Shown one piece after another: positions 9,271 to 17,616 of a DNA stretch of 44,804 nt. The stretch lies in the sequence record NC_073052.1; one strand, given 5' to 3'. Position 1 is the first letter of the stretch. Each line of letters starts with the position of its first letter. Made by a program: the position numbers and the translations under genes. This DNA is from Escherichia phage JLBYU60. The notes below the pieces were generated by a model. It made no database searches, had not been told where the DNA came from, and saw only the letters and a program-made list of their open reading frames with translations.

Positions 9271-9864
9271 GTGGCTGAAGTCTACTCATTCGCCGCCACT
9301 ATTGCTACGTGGGTGGATAAGACGAAGGAGAACAACGATAAGGCGGTGCGGGCGTACGGGATGCAAATACTCGGACGCCTTATTGAGATCTCCCCGGTGG
9401 GCGACCCTCGCCGGTGGAAAATTAACAGGGCTTACGCGCTGGCCCGCCAGCACGCGAACAAGGTGAACGCCGCGCAGCGTCGCAAGAATGGTGGCAAACT
9501 GAAGCGCGGGCAGAAAAAGCACGCCAGCGTGCTGGTATCATTCAAGACTAAAAACGGCAACGTCACGTTCCGCCAGCGTGGCTGGGCTGCGAAGAATTAC
9601 ACCGGCGGACGCTTCCGGGGAAACTGGCAGGTTACGTTCGACCGCCCGGCTGTTGGCGCTATTGACCGCGTGGACAAGGCCGGAACGGCAACATTAGCCG
9701 CTGGGCGTGAAGTGTTAGCGCACTATGATTCGAGTGAATACGGGTCGATCTGGTTTACTAACAACGTGCCATACGCGCAGCGACTTGAGTATGGCTGGAG
9801 TAAACAAGCGCCAGCGGGGATTGTTCGCGTCGTAGCGGCAGAAATTAATTCGAAGGTGAAATAA
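9271..9864 (+). CDS. Putative neck / tail completion protein (HK97 gp10-like)
   Basis: 197 aa; C-terminal NNVPYAQRLEYG-type segment reminiscent of HK97 gp10 family; position upstream of the major tail protein. Confidence 0.5.
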   Translation: MAEVYSFAATIATWVDKTKENNDKAVRAYGMQILGRLIEISPVGDPRRWKINRAYALARQHANKVNAAQRRKNGGKLKRGQKKHASVLVSFKTKNGNVTFRQRGWAAKNYTGGRFRGNWQVTFDRPAVGAIDRVDKAGTATLAAGREVLAHYDSSEYGSIWFTNNVPYAQRLEYGWSKQAPAGIVRVVAAEINSKVK

Positions 9865-10286
9865 TGAGCAATACCGCAATCCGCAAAGCGCTTAACAGCG
9901 TGGTTGAAGAGTTATCGGCAAGCCTGAGCACAAGCCAGCGTCCGATTAGGGTTAACTGGGAGAACGTGAGCGGCGACCACGCAAACGGCAGCGGTGTCTA
10001 CCTGGAGCCGTACCTGCTACCGGCCCCGACCCAGTTTGTGGGCTTACAGCAGAAGGGTCGGATCTATGCTGGCGTATATCAGGTTGCCGTGGTGTTTCCC
10101 GCAGGAACTGGAACACAGTACGCGAGCGAACTGGCGGACGCCATCGCTACGTCTGATAAGTGGCTGGCGGTGAAGATTTCCGGTGCGTCATTTCAGCTTC
10201 AGGACGCGCCATACACCAGTTCAGTGATTGAAGACGTTGATCGCGCCCGCATCGTGGTTACAGTACCCTACACCTGTTGCGCCTGA
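9864..10286 (+). CDS. Putative tail terminator / tail completion protein
   Basis: 140 aa, start overlapping the upstream stop (ATGA); position immediately before the major tail protein. Confidence 0.5.
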   Translation: MSNTAIRKALNSVVEELSASLSTSQRPIRVNWENVSGDHANGSGVYLEPYLLPAPTQFVGLQQKGRIYAGVYQVAVVFPAGTGTQYASELADAIATSDKWLAVKISGASFQLQDAPYTSSVIEDVDRARIVVTVPYTCCA

Positions 10287-10347
10287 TTTGGCGCTATTCT
10301 GCGCGTGCTGTATCATTAAACCGTATATCTAAACAGGAGCGTTCATT

Positions 10348-11073
10348 ATGGGTTATCAACTTCCTAACGGGTCTAGCGTCCAGATTGGGTCCGTACTGGG
10401 CAACGGCATCGCTGTTACGGCAGCTACCAACGCCGCCGCGTCGATCTCCGACCTTACGCAAGGTTGCGTAATTACCTGCGCGGAGTCTCACGGTCTGGTT
10501 GTTGGCGACGTTGTTATGTTCACTAAAACCCCGTGGGTCCGTGCGCTGAACCGCGCGTTCATCGTTGGTAAAGTATCGGGGAACGACGTTACACTGGCGC
10601 GCTTCGATACTCAAGACGCCACCAAATACCCGACCGGTGCTTTCGGCGTAGGCACACCAGGCGAGGTGGTGAAGGTGTCGAGCTTTATCGACTTCCCGTT
10701 TATCACTAACGTCGCCGTGTCTGGTGGCGACCAGCAGACTACTACCTTCCAGCCGTTGCAGGTGAATACCGCGATTAGTCTGAATACCACGAAAAACCCG
10801 TTGGTCCAGACTTACACCTTCACCCATGACGAAGAAGACCCGATCCGCCCGATTCTGGAAGACCTGGACGACACACAGAAAACCACTGTGATTAAGTTCA
10901 CTAACCCGGCAGCGGCAAGCGGCAAAGGTGAGATCCGCATTTACCCGGCTAAGGTGTCTTTCCGGAAGATTCCATCGGCTGAAGTAAACAACGTGGAGAC
11001 GGTGGAGTCCACTCTGACCATGCAATCCGATATGGTTATTTACCGTAAGGACCTGGTTGAAGCGCTGTCGTAA
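10348..11073 (+). CDS. Major tail (tube) protein
   Basis: 241 aa with RBS AGGAG; located directly upstream of the tail assembly chaperone and tape measure genes; followed by strong terminator. Confidence 0.65.
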   Translation: MGYQLPNGSSVQIGSVLGNGIAVTAATNAAASISDLTQGCVITCAESHGLVVGDVVMFTKTPWVRALNRAFIVGKVSGNDVTLARFDTQDATKYPTGAFGVGTPGEVVKVSSFIDFPFITNVAVSGGDQQTTTFQPLQVNTAISLNTTKNPLVQTYTFTHDEEDPIRPILEDLDDTQKTTVIKFTNPAAASGKGEIRIYPAKVSFRKIPSAEVNNVETVESTLTMQSDMVIYRKDLVEALS

Positions 11074-11103
11074 TTTGGTCGCTTAAATAGCGGGTGTTAA
11101 TAT

Positions 11104-11127
11104 GGGGCCAGTACGGCCCCTTTTTTA
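11104..11127 (+). terminator. Rho-independent terminator after major tail protein gene
   Basis: GGGGCC-agtac-GGCCCC followed by TTTTTT. Confidence 0.8.
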
Positions 11128-11142
11128 TTGGAGAATACTACA

Positions 11143-11505
11143 ATGGCAAAAGCACCACTCTTCACACTTGACCCTAAGCCGACCTTTAAGCTGCCGATTG
11201 AGATCCCGCGCCCCGGTGAAAACGAACCGGGAAAAATGACGTTTACCGTGCGCCACCGCCCGATCGACGAATTTTCGCAGACCATGCAGGATACTGAGCG
11301 CAAGTTGTCGGAATATGACGACAATGATCCTGACGGCTTTAACGTTATGGTCGAGGCCATCATGCACGTCGCAGAAGGCTGGAATCTGCCGGACGAATTT
11401 AACGCGGAGAACGTCCGCCGCCTGGTGGTCAACTATCCGCGCGCGTTCGGCGTGTTCCACACGTCGTACTATCTCGAACTGATGGGGTTGCGTGAAAAAA
11501 ACTAA
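11143..11505 (+). CDS. Tail assembly chaperone (gpG-like)
   Basis: 120 aa, acidic; ends at slippery heptamer AAAAAAC (11496-11502) followed 7 nt later by a GC-rich stem; canonical position upstream of tape measure. Confidence 0.7.
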   Translation: MAKAPLFTLDPKPTFKLPIEIPRPGENEPGKMTFTVRHRPIDEFSQTMQDTERKLSEYDDNDPDGFNVMVEAIMHVAEGWNLPDEFNAENVRRLVVNYPRAFGVFHTSYYLELMGLREKN

Positions 11506-11819
11506 TTGAGGCGGCGCTACGCTTTTATGGCCCGCCGCCACCCTCCGAAGATTTAGCCGCGAGTTTATGGGGTGCGGCCCCCGAAGATGTTTGTCCGCCT
11601 GTTGCGCTATGGCCCGACAACGCGAAGGTAGTCGCAGTCTTCACAGATTGCTCCACGCAATGGCGCACCGGTTTTGGTGGCGCATACGGCATCGACTACG
11701 GCGTGCTGGAGTGGTTATTTAAGATGCACGGTATCGAAAACGAGCAGCGCGCGTTTAAAGATATCAAGCTAATGGAGCGAATCGCGCTTGATGAGATGGC
11801 GCAGCAGAACCCCGCATAA
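11143..11819 (+). CDS. Tail assembly chaperone frameshift product (gpGT-like, -1 PRF)
   Basis: -1 frame after the slippery site is open to 11819 without an internal start, encoding ...ALWPDNAKVVAVFTDCSTQWRTGFGG..., typical of gpT-like extensions. Confidence 0.6.
11496..11539 (+). promoter_or_regulatory. Programmed -1 ribosomal frameshift signal
   Basis: Slippery heptamer A_AAA_AAC (11496-11502), 7-nt spacer, then stem GGCGGCG (11510-11516) / CGCCGCC (11533-11539). Confidence 0.6.
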
Positions 11820-11954
11820 TGAAGCGGGACAGGCGGGACGTCCCGTTTTGTCCCGCCTCTGTAAAACTGCATATCTACTCACTTCCACTGCATAAACTCA
11901 AAACGGGACAAGCGGGACGTCCCGTTTTGTCACGCCCTGTAAATATGCATACCT
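11819..11954. repeat. Tandem ~45-bp sub-repeats each containing the 12-bp palindrome CGGGACGTCCCG
   Basis: Two similar units (about 11824-11875 and 11896-11947); palindromes at 11834-11845 and 11913-11924; each unit also forms GGCGGGAC...GTCCCGCC inverted repeats. Confidence 0.7.
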
Positions 11955-12140
11955 ATGCAGATTTCGTGCATAAACCAAACGGGACAGAAAGCGGGACAAA
12001 CACGAGGCGGGACAAAACGGGACAGCACCCCGTCCCCGCCAGTGCTGCCGCGGTTTTCAGCCGATCGGGACAGCGGGACAGCACCCCAGTCTTTCAGACT
12101 AGACGGGGGTCAATGGCCCCCCTCGTCTGAGACTGAATAA
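11955..12140. repeat. Dispersed direct repeat, copy A (CGGGACA iterons plus long imperfect hairpin)
   Basis: About 186 bp, near-identical at both ends to 40016-40201 (shared ...tgcataaaccaaacgggacagaaagcgggacaaaca... and ...gggacagcgggacagcaccccagtctttcagactagacggggg...cccccctcgtctgagactgaataa); lies between chaperone and tape measure genes. Confidence 0.8.
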
Positions 12141-12203
12141 GGTTTGTTTTGAAATCGCTGATACAATATCCATCGGCAACTGCATAAAAAAGGGGACTGC
12201 ATA

Positions 12204-14846
12204 ATGGCAGATCAGGCAGCAGGCATCACGCTAAAGGCTGATGTTGCACAAATCAGAACGGCAAATACTGTGCTGGACTCCTTCGCACAGAAATCCGAGA
12301 ACACAGAAAACAAGGTTAAGAAATTAAACGACACCCTCGGCAAATCCAAAAAGGTGACGAGTGACGCCGCGGGCGGAATGGAAAAGCTGGCAAACGAATC
12401 GCAGCGCGCCGCCGATGGCATGACGAAACAGGAGCGACTCGCCAACAGGTTAGGCATGTCGACTAAAAACCTGGGCTTTGCCTCGCGTAACGCCGCATTC
12501 CAGTTACAGGATATCGCAGTTACGCTTGAGATGGGTATGCCGGTACACCGCGTTATGCTTCAGCAGTTACCGCAGCTAACCGGCGCATTTGGCGGACTAG
12601 GTAACACTCTGCGTTATGTTGCTGGCTTCCTCGGTCCAGTTGGGATCGGCCTTGCTGCGGTAACGGCAACGTTAGGCGTGGGCGTAGCAATTACGTCCCG
12701 AGCAGAGAACCAGGTAGCGGCGCTTAATAAGACGCTGGCACTTTCCGGTAACATTTCCGGCCTGACGGCAAACCAGATCCTGGTGCTATCCGAGAACGCC
12801 GAGCGCATGGGCGGGTCATTCCGCAAGACGCGTGACACAATCCAGGCGCTGGCGGCGGCGGGTGTGAAAGCTGGTGGTGACTTCGGCGCATTGGCTAAGG
12901 TAGTTAATGACTTTGCGAAGGTGTCCAGCCAGCCGATCGAGGATGTGGTAGCGGCGGTGGCGAAGCTGTCAACCGACCCCGTTGGCGGACTGCGTGCGCT
13001 GGCGGATAAGTATCACGTCGTAAACGAAGCGCAGATCCAGCAGGTACAGTCGCTCGTTGATGCGGGTCGTGAGACAGACGCAGTTGCGCTGGCTAACAAA
13101 ACAGCCGCTGCGTCGTTCACCAGCATGACCAATGAGATCAAGGAGAACATGGGTACGCTTGAGCGATCTATGAACGTCGTCACATCGGCAGCCAAATCAA
13201 TGTGGGATGCCATCCTGGATGTGGGCCGCGCGCAGTCCTCCAATGAATCCGAGATGAAAGCGCGCGAATCACTGCAGCGGCTGACCACGGCTTACTATGC
13301 CGAGATGAAAGCGGTAAACGCTGCCGGTGGGGTAATGACTGAAGCGCAGAAAGCACGTATTAACATGCTTTACAGCGAACTGGTCGCCCAGGAAAAAGTG
13401 GTGGCGTCGCTCACCCTGCGTAACCGTGCTGAGCGAGACAACGCCCGCGCCGCAGACGAATCCGCAAAGGCGAACGAGGAGGCCAACCGCACTGCCCGTG
13501 ACCGCGCCGCGTTCGAGAAGGAATACGCCACCAACGCTAAGAAGCGCGCCGACGAGATCGCCCGCCTCAATTTGCTGAATAAGCGCGGCGTTATTGATGA
13601 GAAAGAACTAGCCGAGGCGGTGAAGCAGGTAAACGAGCGGTACAAAGACCCAGCCCCGAAAAAGGCCGCGGCTGTTCGCGTGGATGCCGGTATGAAAATG
13701 CTGGAAGTCGCACGGAGCGAACTGGCCCAGCTTCGAGAATCCGGCAAGCAGATCGAAGCCAACGCGTCTACGCAGACCCGCACGCAACGCGCTCAAGCGG
13801 CCTTAAACAAGCTGATCGCCGACAATGAGCAGTTAATCGCTGCGAGCAAAGAAAGAGCGCTAACGGCAGCAGAAAAGCAGCAATTAGTCGAGTTCGGGCG
13901 CGTGAAGGAAGTCCGCGAGCAGATCGTCGAAGAAGCCAAATTGCTGGATGCGAAAGAGCAGCAGGTTAAGGCGCACGCGCAGATCGATGCCTTCGTTAAG
14001 AACCAGAACGCCGAACTAAAAGCCACCGCGGCGGGCTATGCGCTTTCCACTCGCGAAGCGGCTAACCTGCGCGAAGAATTACAGCTGATTGACCGCCTTA
14101 AGCGCGTTGGTGCTAACGATACCGATATTGACCTGGCGGTGTCTAAGCTGCGCGAAGTGCAGGAAGCACAGACCGGTGCTAACGCCTCGCTATGGGATGG
14201 CTTCAGCCGCGGGCTTAAGGATAGCGTGGATGAAATGGGTAACGGCTATACGCAGATGGCGTCACTCACAAAATTCACGTTCGGCGCTATGCAGGACACG
14301 ATGAACGAGTTTTTCGAGACTGGCAAGCTGAACGCAAAGGATATGGTTAAGTCCATCCTGAGCGAATTAATCAAGCTGGCTACCTCGCAGGCGTTCAAGT
14401 CCATCGTTAGCGCTTTCGGTGGTGACGGCGGCAAAAACGGATTGTTCGGCGCTATCTTTTCCGGCCTCACTAAGAATGCGGACGGCGGAGCGTACGCAGG
14501 GGGCAATCTCGCGGCCTATTCGGGGAAGGTGGTAAGCCAGCCAACCTTTTTCAGTTATGGCGTCCAGGCGTTCGCTAAGGGCGCAGGATTGATGGGCGAG
14601 GCTGGTCCAGAGGCCATCATGCCGCTGAAGCGCGGGCCGGACGGGAAACTGGGCGTTGCCGCGTCTGGCGCAGGCGGTGGTATGGTCGTGACGACTAACG
14701 TTTACACGGGGACCGGTAAAACGGATACCAGTGTCAGCGGGCCGGATCCCCGTACCGCGCAGGCGTTCGGCAAGCAAATCACCGAGGCGGTGAAGGCCGA
14801 GATCGTGAAGGCGACGAAACCGGGTGGTGTACTTTACAAACGATGA
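12204..14846 (+). CDS. Tail tape measure protein
   Basis: 880 aa, long A/Q/E/K-rich coiled-coil central region, glycine-rich C-terminal part; RBS AAGGGGA; lies between chaperone and minor tail genes. Confidence 0.85.
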   Translation: MADQAAGITLKADVAQIRTANTVLDSFAQKSENTENKVKKLNDTLGKSKKVTSDAAGGMEKLANESQRAADGMTKQERLANRLGMSTKNLGFASRNAAFQLQDIAVTLEMGMPVHRVMLQQLPQLTGAFGGLGNTLRYVAGFLGPVGIGLAAVTATLGVGVAITSRAENQVAALNKTLALSGNISGLTANQILVLSENAERMGGSFRKTRDTIQALAAAGVKAGGDFGALAKVVNDFAKVSSQPIEDVVAAVAKLSTDPVGGLRALADKYHVVNEAQIQQVQSLVDAGRETDAVALANKTAAASFTSMTNEIKENMGTLERSMNVVTSAAKSMWDAILDVGRAQSSNESEMKARESLQRLTTAYYAEMKAVNAAGGVMTEAQKARINMLYSELVAQEKVVASLTLRNRAERDNARAADESAKANEEANRTARDRAAFEKEYATNAKKRADEIARLNLLNKRGVIDEKELAEAVKQVNERYKDPAPKKAAAVRVDAGMKMLEVARSELAQLRESGKQIEANASTQTRTQRAQAALNKLIADNEQLIAASKERALTAAEKQQLVEFGRVKEVREQIVEEAKLLDAKEQQVKAHAQIDAFVKNQNAELKATAAGYALSTREAANLREELQLIDRLKRVGANDTDIDLAVSKLREVQEAQTGANASLWDGFSRGLKDSVDEMGNGYTQMASLTKFTFGAMQDTMNEFFETGKLNAKDMVKSILSELIKLATSQAFKSIVSAFGGDGGKNGLFGAIFSGLTKNADGGAYAGGNLAAYSGKVVSQPTFFSYGVQAFAKGAGLMGEAGPEAIMPLKRGPDGKLGVAASGAGGGMVVTTNVYTGTGKTDTSVSGPDPRTAQAFGKQITEAVKAEIVKATKPGGVLYKR

Positions 14847-14880
14847 TAAAATGGCCCTCACTACAACGTGGGGGCTTTTT

Positions 14881-15480
14881 ATGTCACAAGGTACAATCAC
14901 ACTAACGAAAGGAAGTAAGACCGTCACGGGCGCGGGAACGGCGTTCCTTAGCGAGATCGGGAAGGTACTCGTATTCGCCCGCATCGACGGCAACGACTAC
15001 ACCGGCAAAATTGCGGCATTCAACTCGAACACGGTCATTACTCTGAAAGATAACTGGGCTGGGCCAACGAAATCCGGTGCGACATATGAGCTAATCGAAG
15101 CACACGACCCGCGATCAAACGAATGGCCCTATTACTGGCACATGCAATTGCAGGGCGGTGGCGACGTGCAGTTAGCTTTCCGGTCGGAGGAATTGCAATT
15201 CGGTAATGGCTACGGACAGAACATCGCGGACGGCCCGAACGCCGAAACGAAACAGTTCCCCGTGCAATTCGTCGGGCTGACTACGGACAAGTGGTGCAAC
15301 CCTAAACTGGTTTACAACTTCCTTCGCGGGCACTTCGTCAAGCCGTTTGTCGTCACCGCGCCGGATGGCGAAACAGGTTTATTCGTGGTCGAGCGTTCGA
15401 GCTTGTCGTACACGGACAACGGACACCTCACGGCAACCGTATCCGCCACCCTTAAGACTGCTATTGGATTCGTAAGATGA
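14881..15480 (+). CDS. Minor tail protein (lambda gpM-like C-terminal domain)
   Basis: 199 aa; C-terminal FGNGYGQ...FVKPFVVTAPDGETG resembles lambda M (FGDGYSQ...); N-terminal ~25 aa resemble the N-terminus of the tail fibre at 22364. Confidence 0.65.
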   Translation: MSQGTITLTKGSKTVTGAGTAFLSEIGKVLVFARIDGNDYTGKIAAFNSNTVITLKDNWAGPTKSGATYELIEAHDPRSNEWPYYWHMQLQGGGDVQLAFRSEELQFGNGYGQNIADGPNAETKQFPVQFVGLTTDKWCNPKLVYNFLRGHFVKPFVVTAPDGETGLFVVERSSLSYTDNGHLTATVSATLKTAIGFVR

Positions 15481-16265
15481 ATAAACTTTATCGCGAGGCG
15501 ACGCGCTTTGACCCATCGGGTCGCGTTCGCCTGATTCACATTGACGCGCAGGACGTGGAGCCAGGCGACGGTGCGATCGGCGCGGGCCATCACTATTTCC
15601 ACTACTGCTTTATTCCGCACACTGCCGAGGATATTGCTGCCGCCGGTGGTGACGAGGACAAGCTAAAACCTAAATCCATCTTCTTCGGCGGGCAGGAGTT
15701 CGAATTTTGGCCCTTCGATTTGTCCGGCCTCAACTTCTCCACATCAACGGCAGCAGAACCGCAGCTGACTATCGTTGATATTGGCGGCATAATCACCCGG
15801 CTATCATTGAATCACGACCAGCTACTGGGCGCGAAGGTTGAAATAATCGACACGTTCGCGAAGTTCCTGGACAACGGGCCGGATCCAGACCCAACGCAAA
15901 AACGTGTCCAGGAGTTTTACATCGACTCGCAGGTCGGGCGCAATCCGGGCAAGCAAATTACCTTCGCACTATCCTCGCCTGCGGATATGGAAGGGCAGGT
16001 CGTTCCCCGTCGCCAAATCATGAATATGTGCGAATGGGCGCTCAACGGGAAGTACGCCAGCGGGGACGGGTGCACCTGGAACCTTGCGAGGCCCGGTATC
16101 AAGTATTACGACGAGCGAGGTAATGAAGTCATTGCGATGAATATGGACCGATGCGGCGGCTGTTTGTCTGACTGTTATCTTCGATTTGGGCAAGGGCTTG
16201 CGGACCCTAAAGCGGCGGTGCTGGACTTCGGCGGCTTTCCGGGGTCCAGATTAATTAAGGGGTAG
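15477..16265 (+). CDS. Minor tail protein (lambda gpL-like)
   Basis: 262 aa; C-terminal cysteine cluster CEWAL...DGCTWN...DRCGGCLSDC matching the Fe-S-binding cysteines of lambda gpL; gene order M-L-K-I-J. Confidence 0.8.
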   Translation: MNKLYREATRFDPSGRVRLIHIDAQDVEPGDGAIGAGHHYFHYCFIPHTAEDIAAAGGDEDKLKPKSIFFGGQEFEFWPFDLSGLNFSTSTAAEPQLTIVDIGGIITRLSLNHDQLLGAKVEIIDTFAKFLDNGPDPDPTQKRVQEFYIDSQVGRNPGKQITFALSSPADMEGQVVPRRQIMNMCEWALNGKYASGDGCTWNLARPGIKYYDERGNEVIAMNMDRCGGCLSDCYLRFGQGLADPKAAVLDFGGFPGSRLIKG

Positions 16266-16267
16266 TT

Positions 16268-17008
16268 ATGTTAACGAAAAAGGTTAAAAGCGATATCGCC
16301 GCACACGTTGCGGCGTGTCTGCCGGAAGAAGCCTGTGGCCTGGTTGTCATGGTGGGTCGTAAGCAAGTGTTCGTCCCATGTCTGAACGTATTCGAAGACC
16401 CGACCGGCGTGCGCTCCCGCAAAGACGCTTTTACGATTAGTGATATGGCCTGGATGGATGCCGAGGATATGGGCGACGTCGTGCGCGTAGTCCACTCACA
16501 CCCAGGTCAGCGCGAGTTAACCCCCTCACTGGGCGACGTTAACGGATGCAACGGCAGCGGCGTAGTGTGGACCATCACTAACGAATATGGCGACTTTATT
16601 GAGATTGACCCGGAAGACCCGCCGCTGGTTGGTCGCCGATTTGTTCTCGGAATTACGGATTGTTATGGCCTCGTTATGGACTGGCACAAAAAGCAGGGAG
16701 TAAATTTGCCAGACTTCCGCGTGCCGTACAACTGGTGGGAGACCGGGGAGAACCTGTACATGGATAACTGGTACGGTGCAGGCTTCAGGGAATGCGAGGA
16801 GAATACGCCTGGGGCGATGGTCATCATGCAGATTAGCGCGCCAGTGCCTAACCATGCCGGAATCTACCTTCCGGGCAACCAACTACTACACCACATCTAC
16901 GGCAGCCTGTCGAGCGTGGTCCCCTTCCGGGCGGGATTTTTCCGCGACAATGTGGTTAAATGGGTCCGTCATAAAGACCTACCGGGGAATATCACAGAAT
17001 GGCAATGA
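16268..17008 (+). CDS. Tail assembly protein (lambda gpK-like, JAB/MPN + NlpC/P60)
   Basis: JAMM motif VVHSHPGQRELTPSLGD and downstream catalytic-Cys region DCYGLV typical of gpK. Confidence 0.8.
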   Translation: MLTKKVKSDIAAHVAACLPEEACGLVVMVGRKQVFVPCLNVFEDPTGVRSRKDAFTISDMAWMDAEDMGDVVRVVHSHPGQRELTPSLGDVNGCNGSGVVWTITNEYGDFIEIDPEDPPLVGRRFVLGITDCYGLVMDWHKKQGVNLPDFRVPYNWWETGENLYMDNWYGAGFRECEENTPGAMVIMQISAPVPNHAGIYLPGNQLLHHIYGSLSSVVPFRAGFFRDNVVKWVRHKDLPGNITEWQ

Positions 17009-17616
17009 CAACGTTTAAATTGTACGGCGTCTTAGGGCGTCGATTCGGTAAAGTGCATAAGCTGGATTGCTTCACTCCGGGCGAAGGAATCACCGGCTTG
17101 TGTGTGAAGTTGCCTGGGTTACAAGACTTTTTAATGTCGGCCCACCTGGACAACATGATGTTCAAGGTGCGCAAAGGCGACCACACAATGACCGGCTATG
17201 ATGAGCTAGGAGAGTTCCACGGCAACCGCGTCGTTACCATCGCGCCGGTTATGACTGGCGCAAAAAGGGGGCTGGGCCAATTGCTGGCAGGTGTCGCGAT
17301 CGTAGTGGCGTCGTTCTATACGGGCGGACTTGCTACTGCCGCTTTCGGGGCTTCGGCTGCAACCGCTGCCGCTATCGGTACGGCGACGTTTTCGTTCGGT
17401 ATGTCGATGGCGCTGGGTGGCGTTATGCAATTGCTGTCGCCACAACCGAAAGGATTGCAGACAAGGCAGGACGTGGATAACAAGGCGTCGTATGCGTTCG
17501 GCGGCCCAGTAAACACGACCGCGCAAGGCACAGCACTTGGTGTATTATGGGGCGAGCGCGAGATCGGCGGCGCTATTATTTCAGCCGGAATCGTAACCGA
17601 GGACTTGAACGAATGA
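16999..17616 (+). CDS. Tail assembly protein (lambda gpI-like)
   Basis: 205 aa; glycine/alanine-rich hydrophobic C-terminal region; position between gpK-like and gpJ-like genes. Confidence 0.7.
   Translation: MAMTTFKLYGVLGRRFGKVHKLDCFTPGEGITGLCVKLPGLQDFLMSAHLDNMMFKVRKGDHTMTGYDELGEFHGNRVVTIAPVMTGAKRGLGQLLAGVAIVVASFYTGGLATAAFGASAATAAAIGTATFSFGMSMALGGVMQLLSPQPKGLQTRQDVDNKASYAFGGPVNTTAQGTALGVLWGEREIGGAIISAGIVTEDLNE

Noticed and set aside
11819-12130. Six-frame ORF (103 aa) spanning the CGGGACA repeat region, and its twin at 39937-40191
   Set aside because: No RBS, composition dominated by the repeated DNA element, and the two ORFs are simply the same repeat read in frame; more likely non-coding regulatory or structured DNA.
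11955-12140. CRISPR array interpretation of the CGGGACA repeats
   Set aside because: Repeats are 7-12 bp iterons at irregular spacing, not 25-40-bp repeats with uniform unique spacers; no cas genes present.
17547-17612. Upstream extension of the gpJ-like ORF (MGRARDRRRYYFSRNRNRG...)
   Set aside because: Overlaps the gpI-like gene in another frame; ATG at 17613 forms a typical ATGA overlap and gives an N-terminus consistent with gpJ-like proteins.
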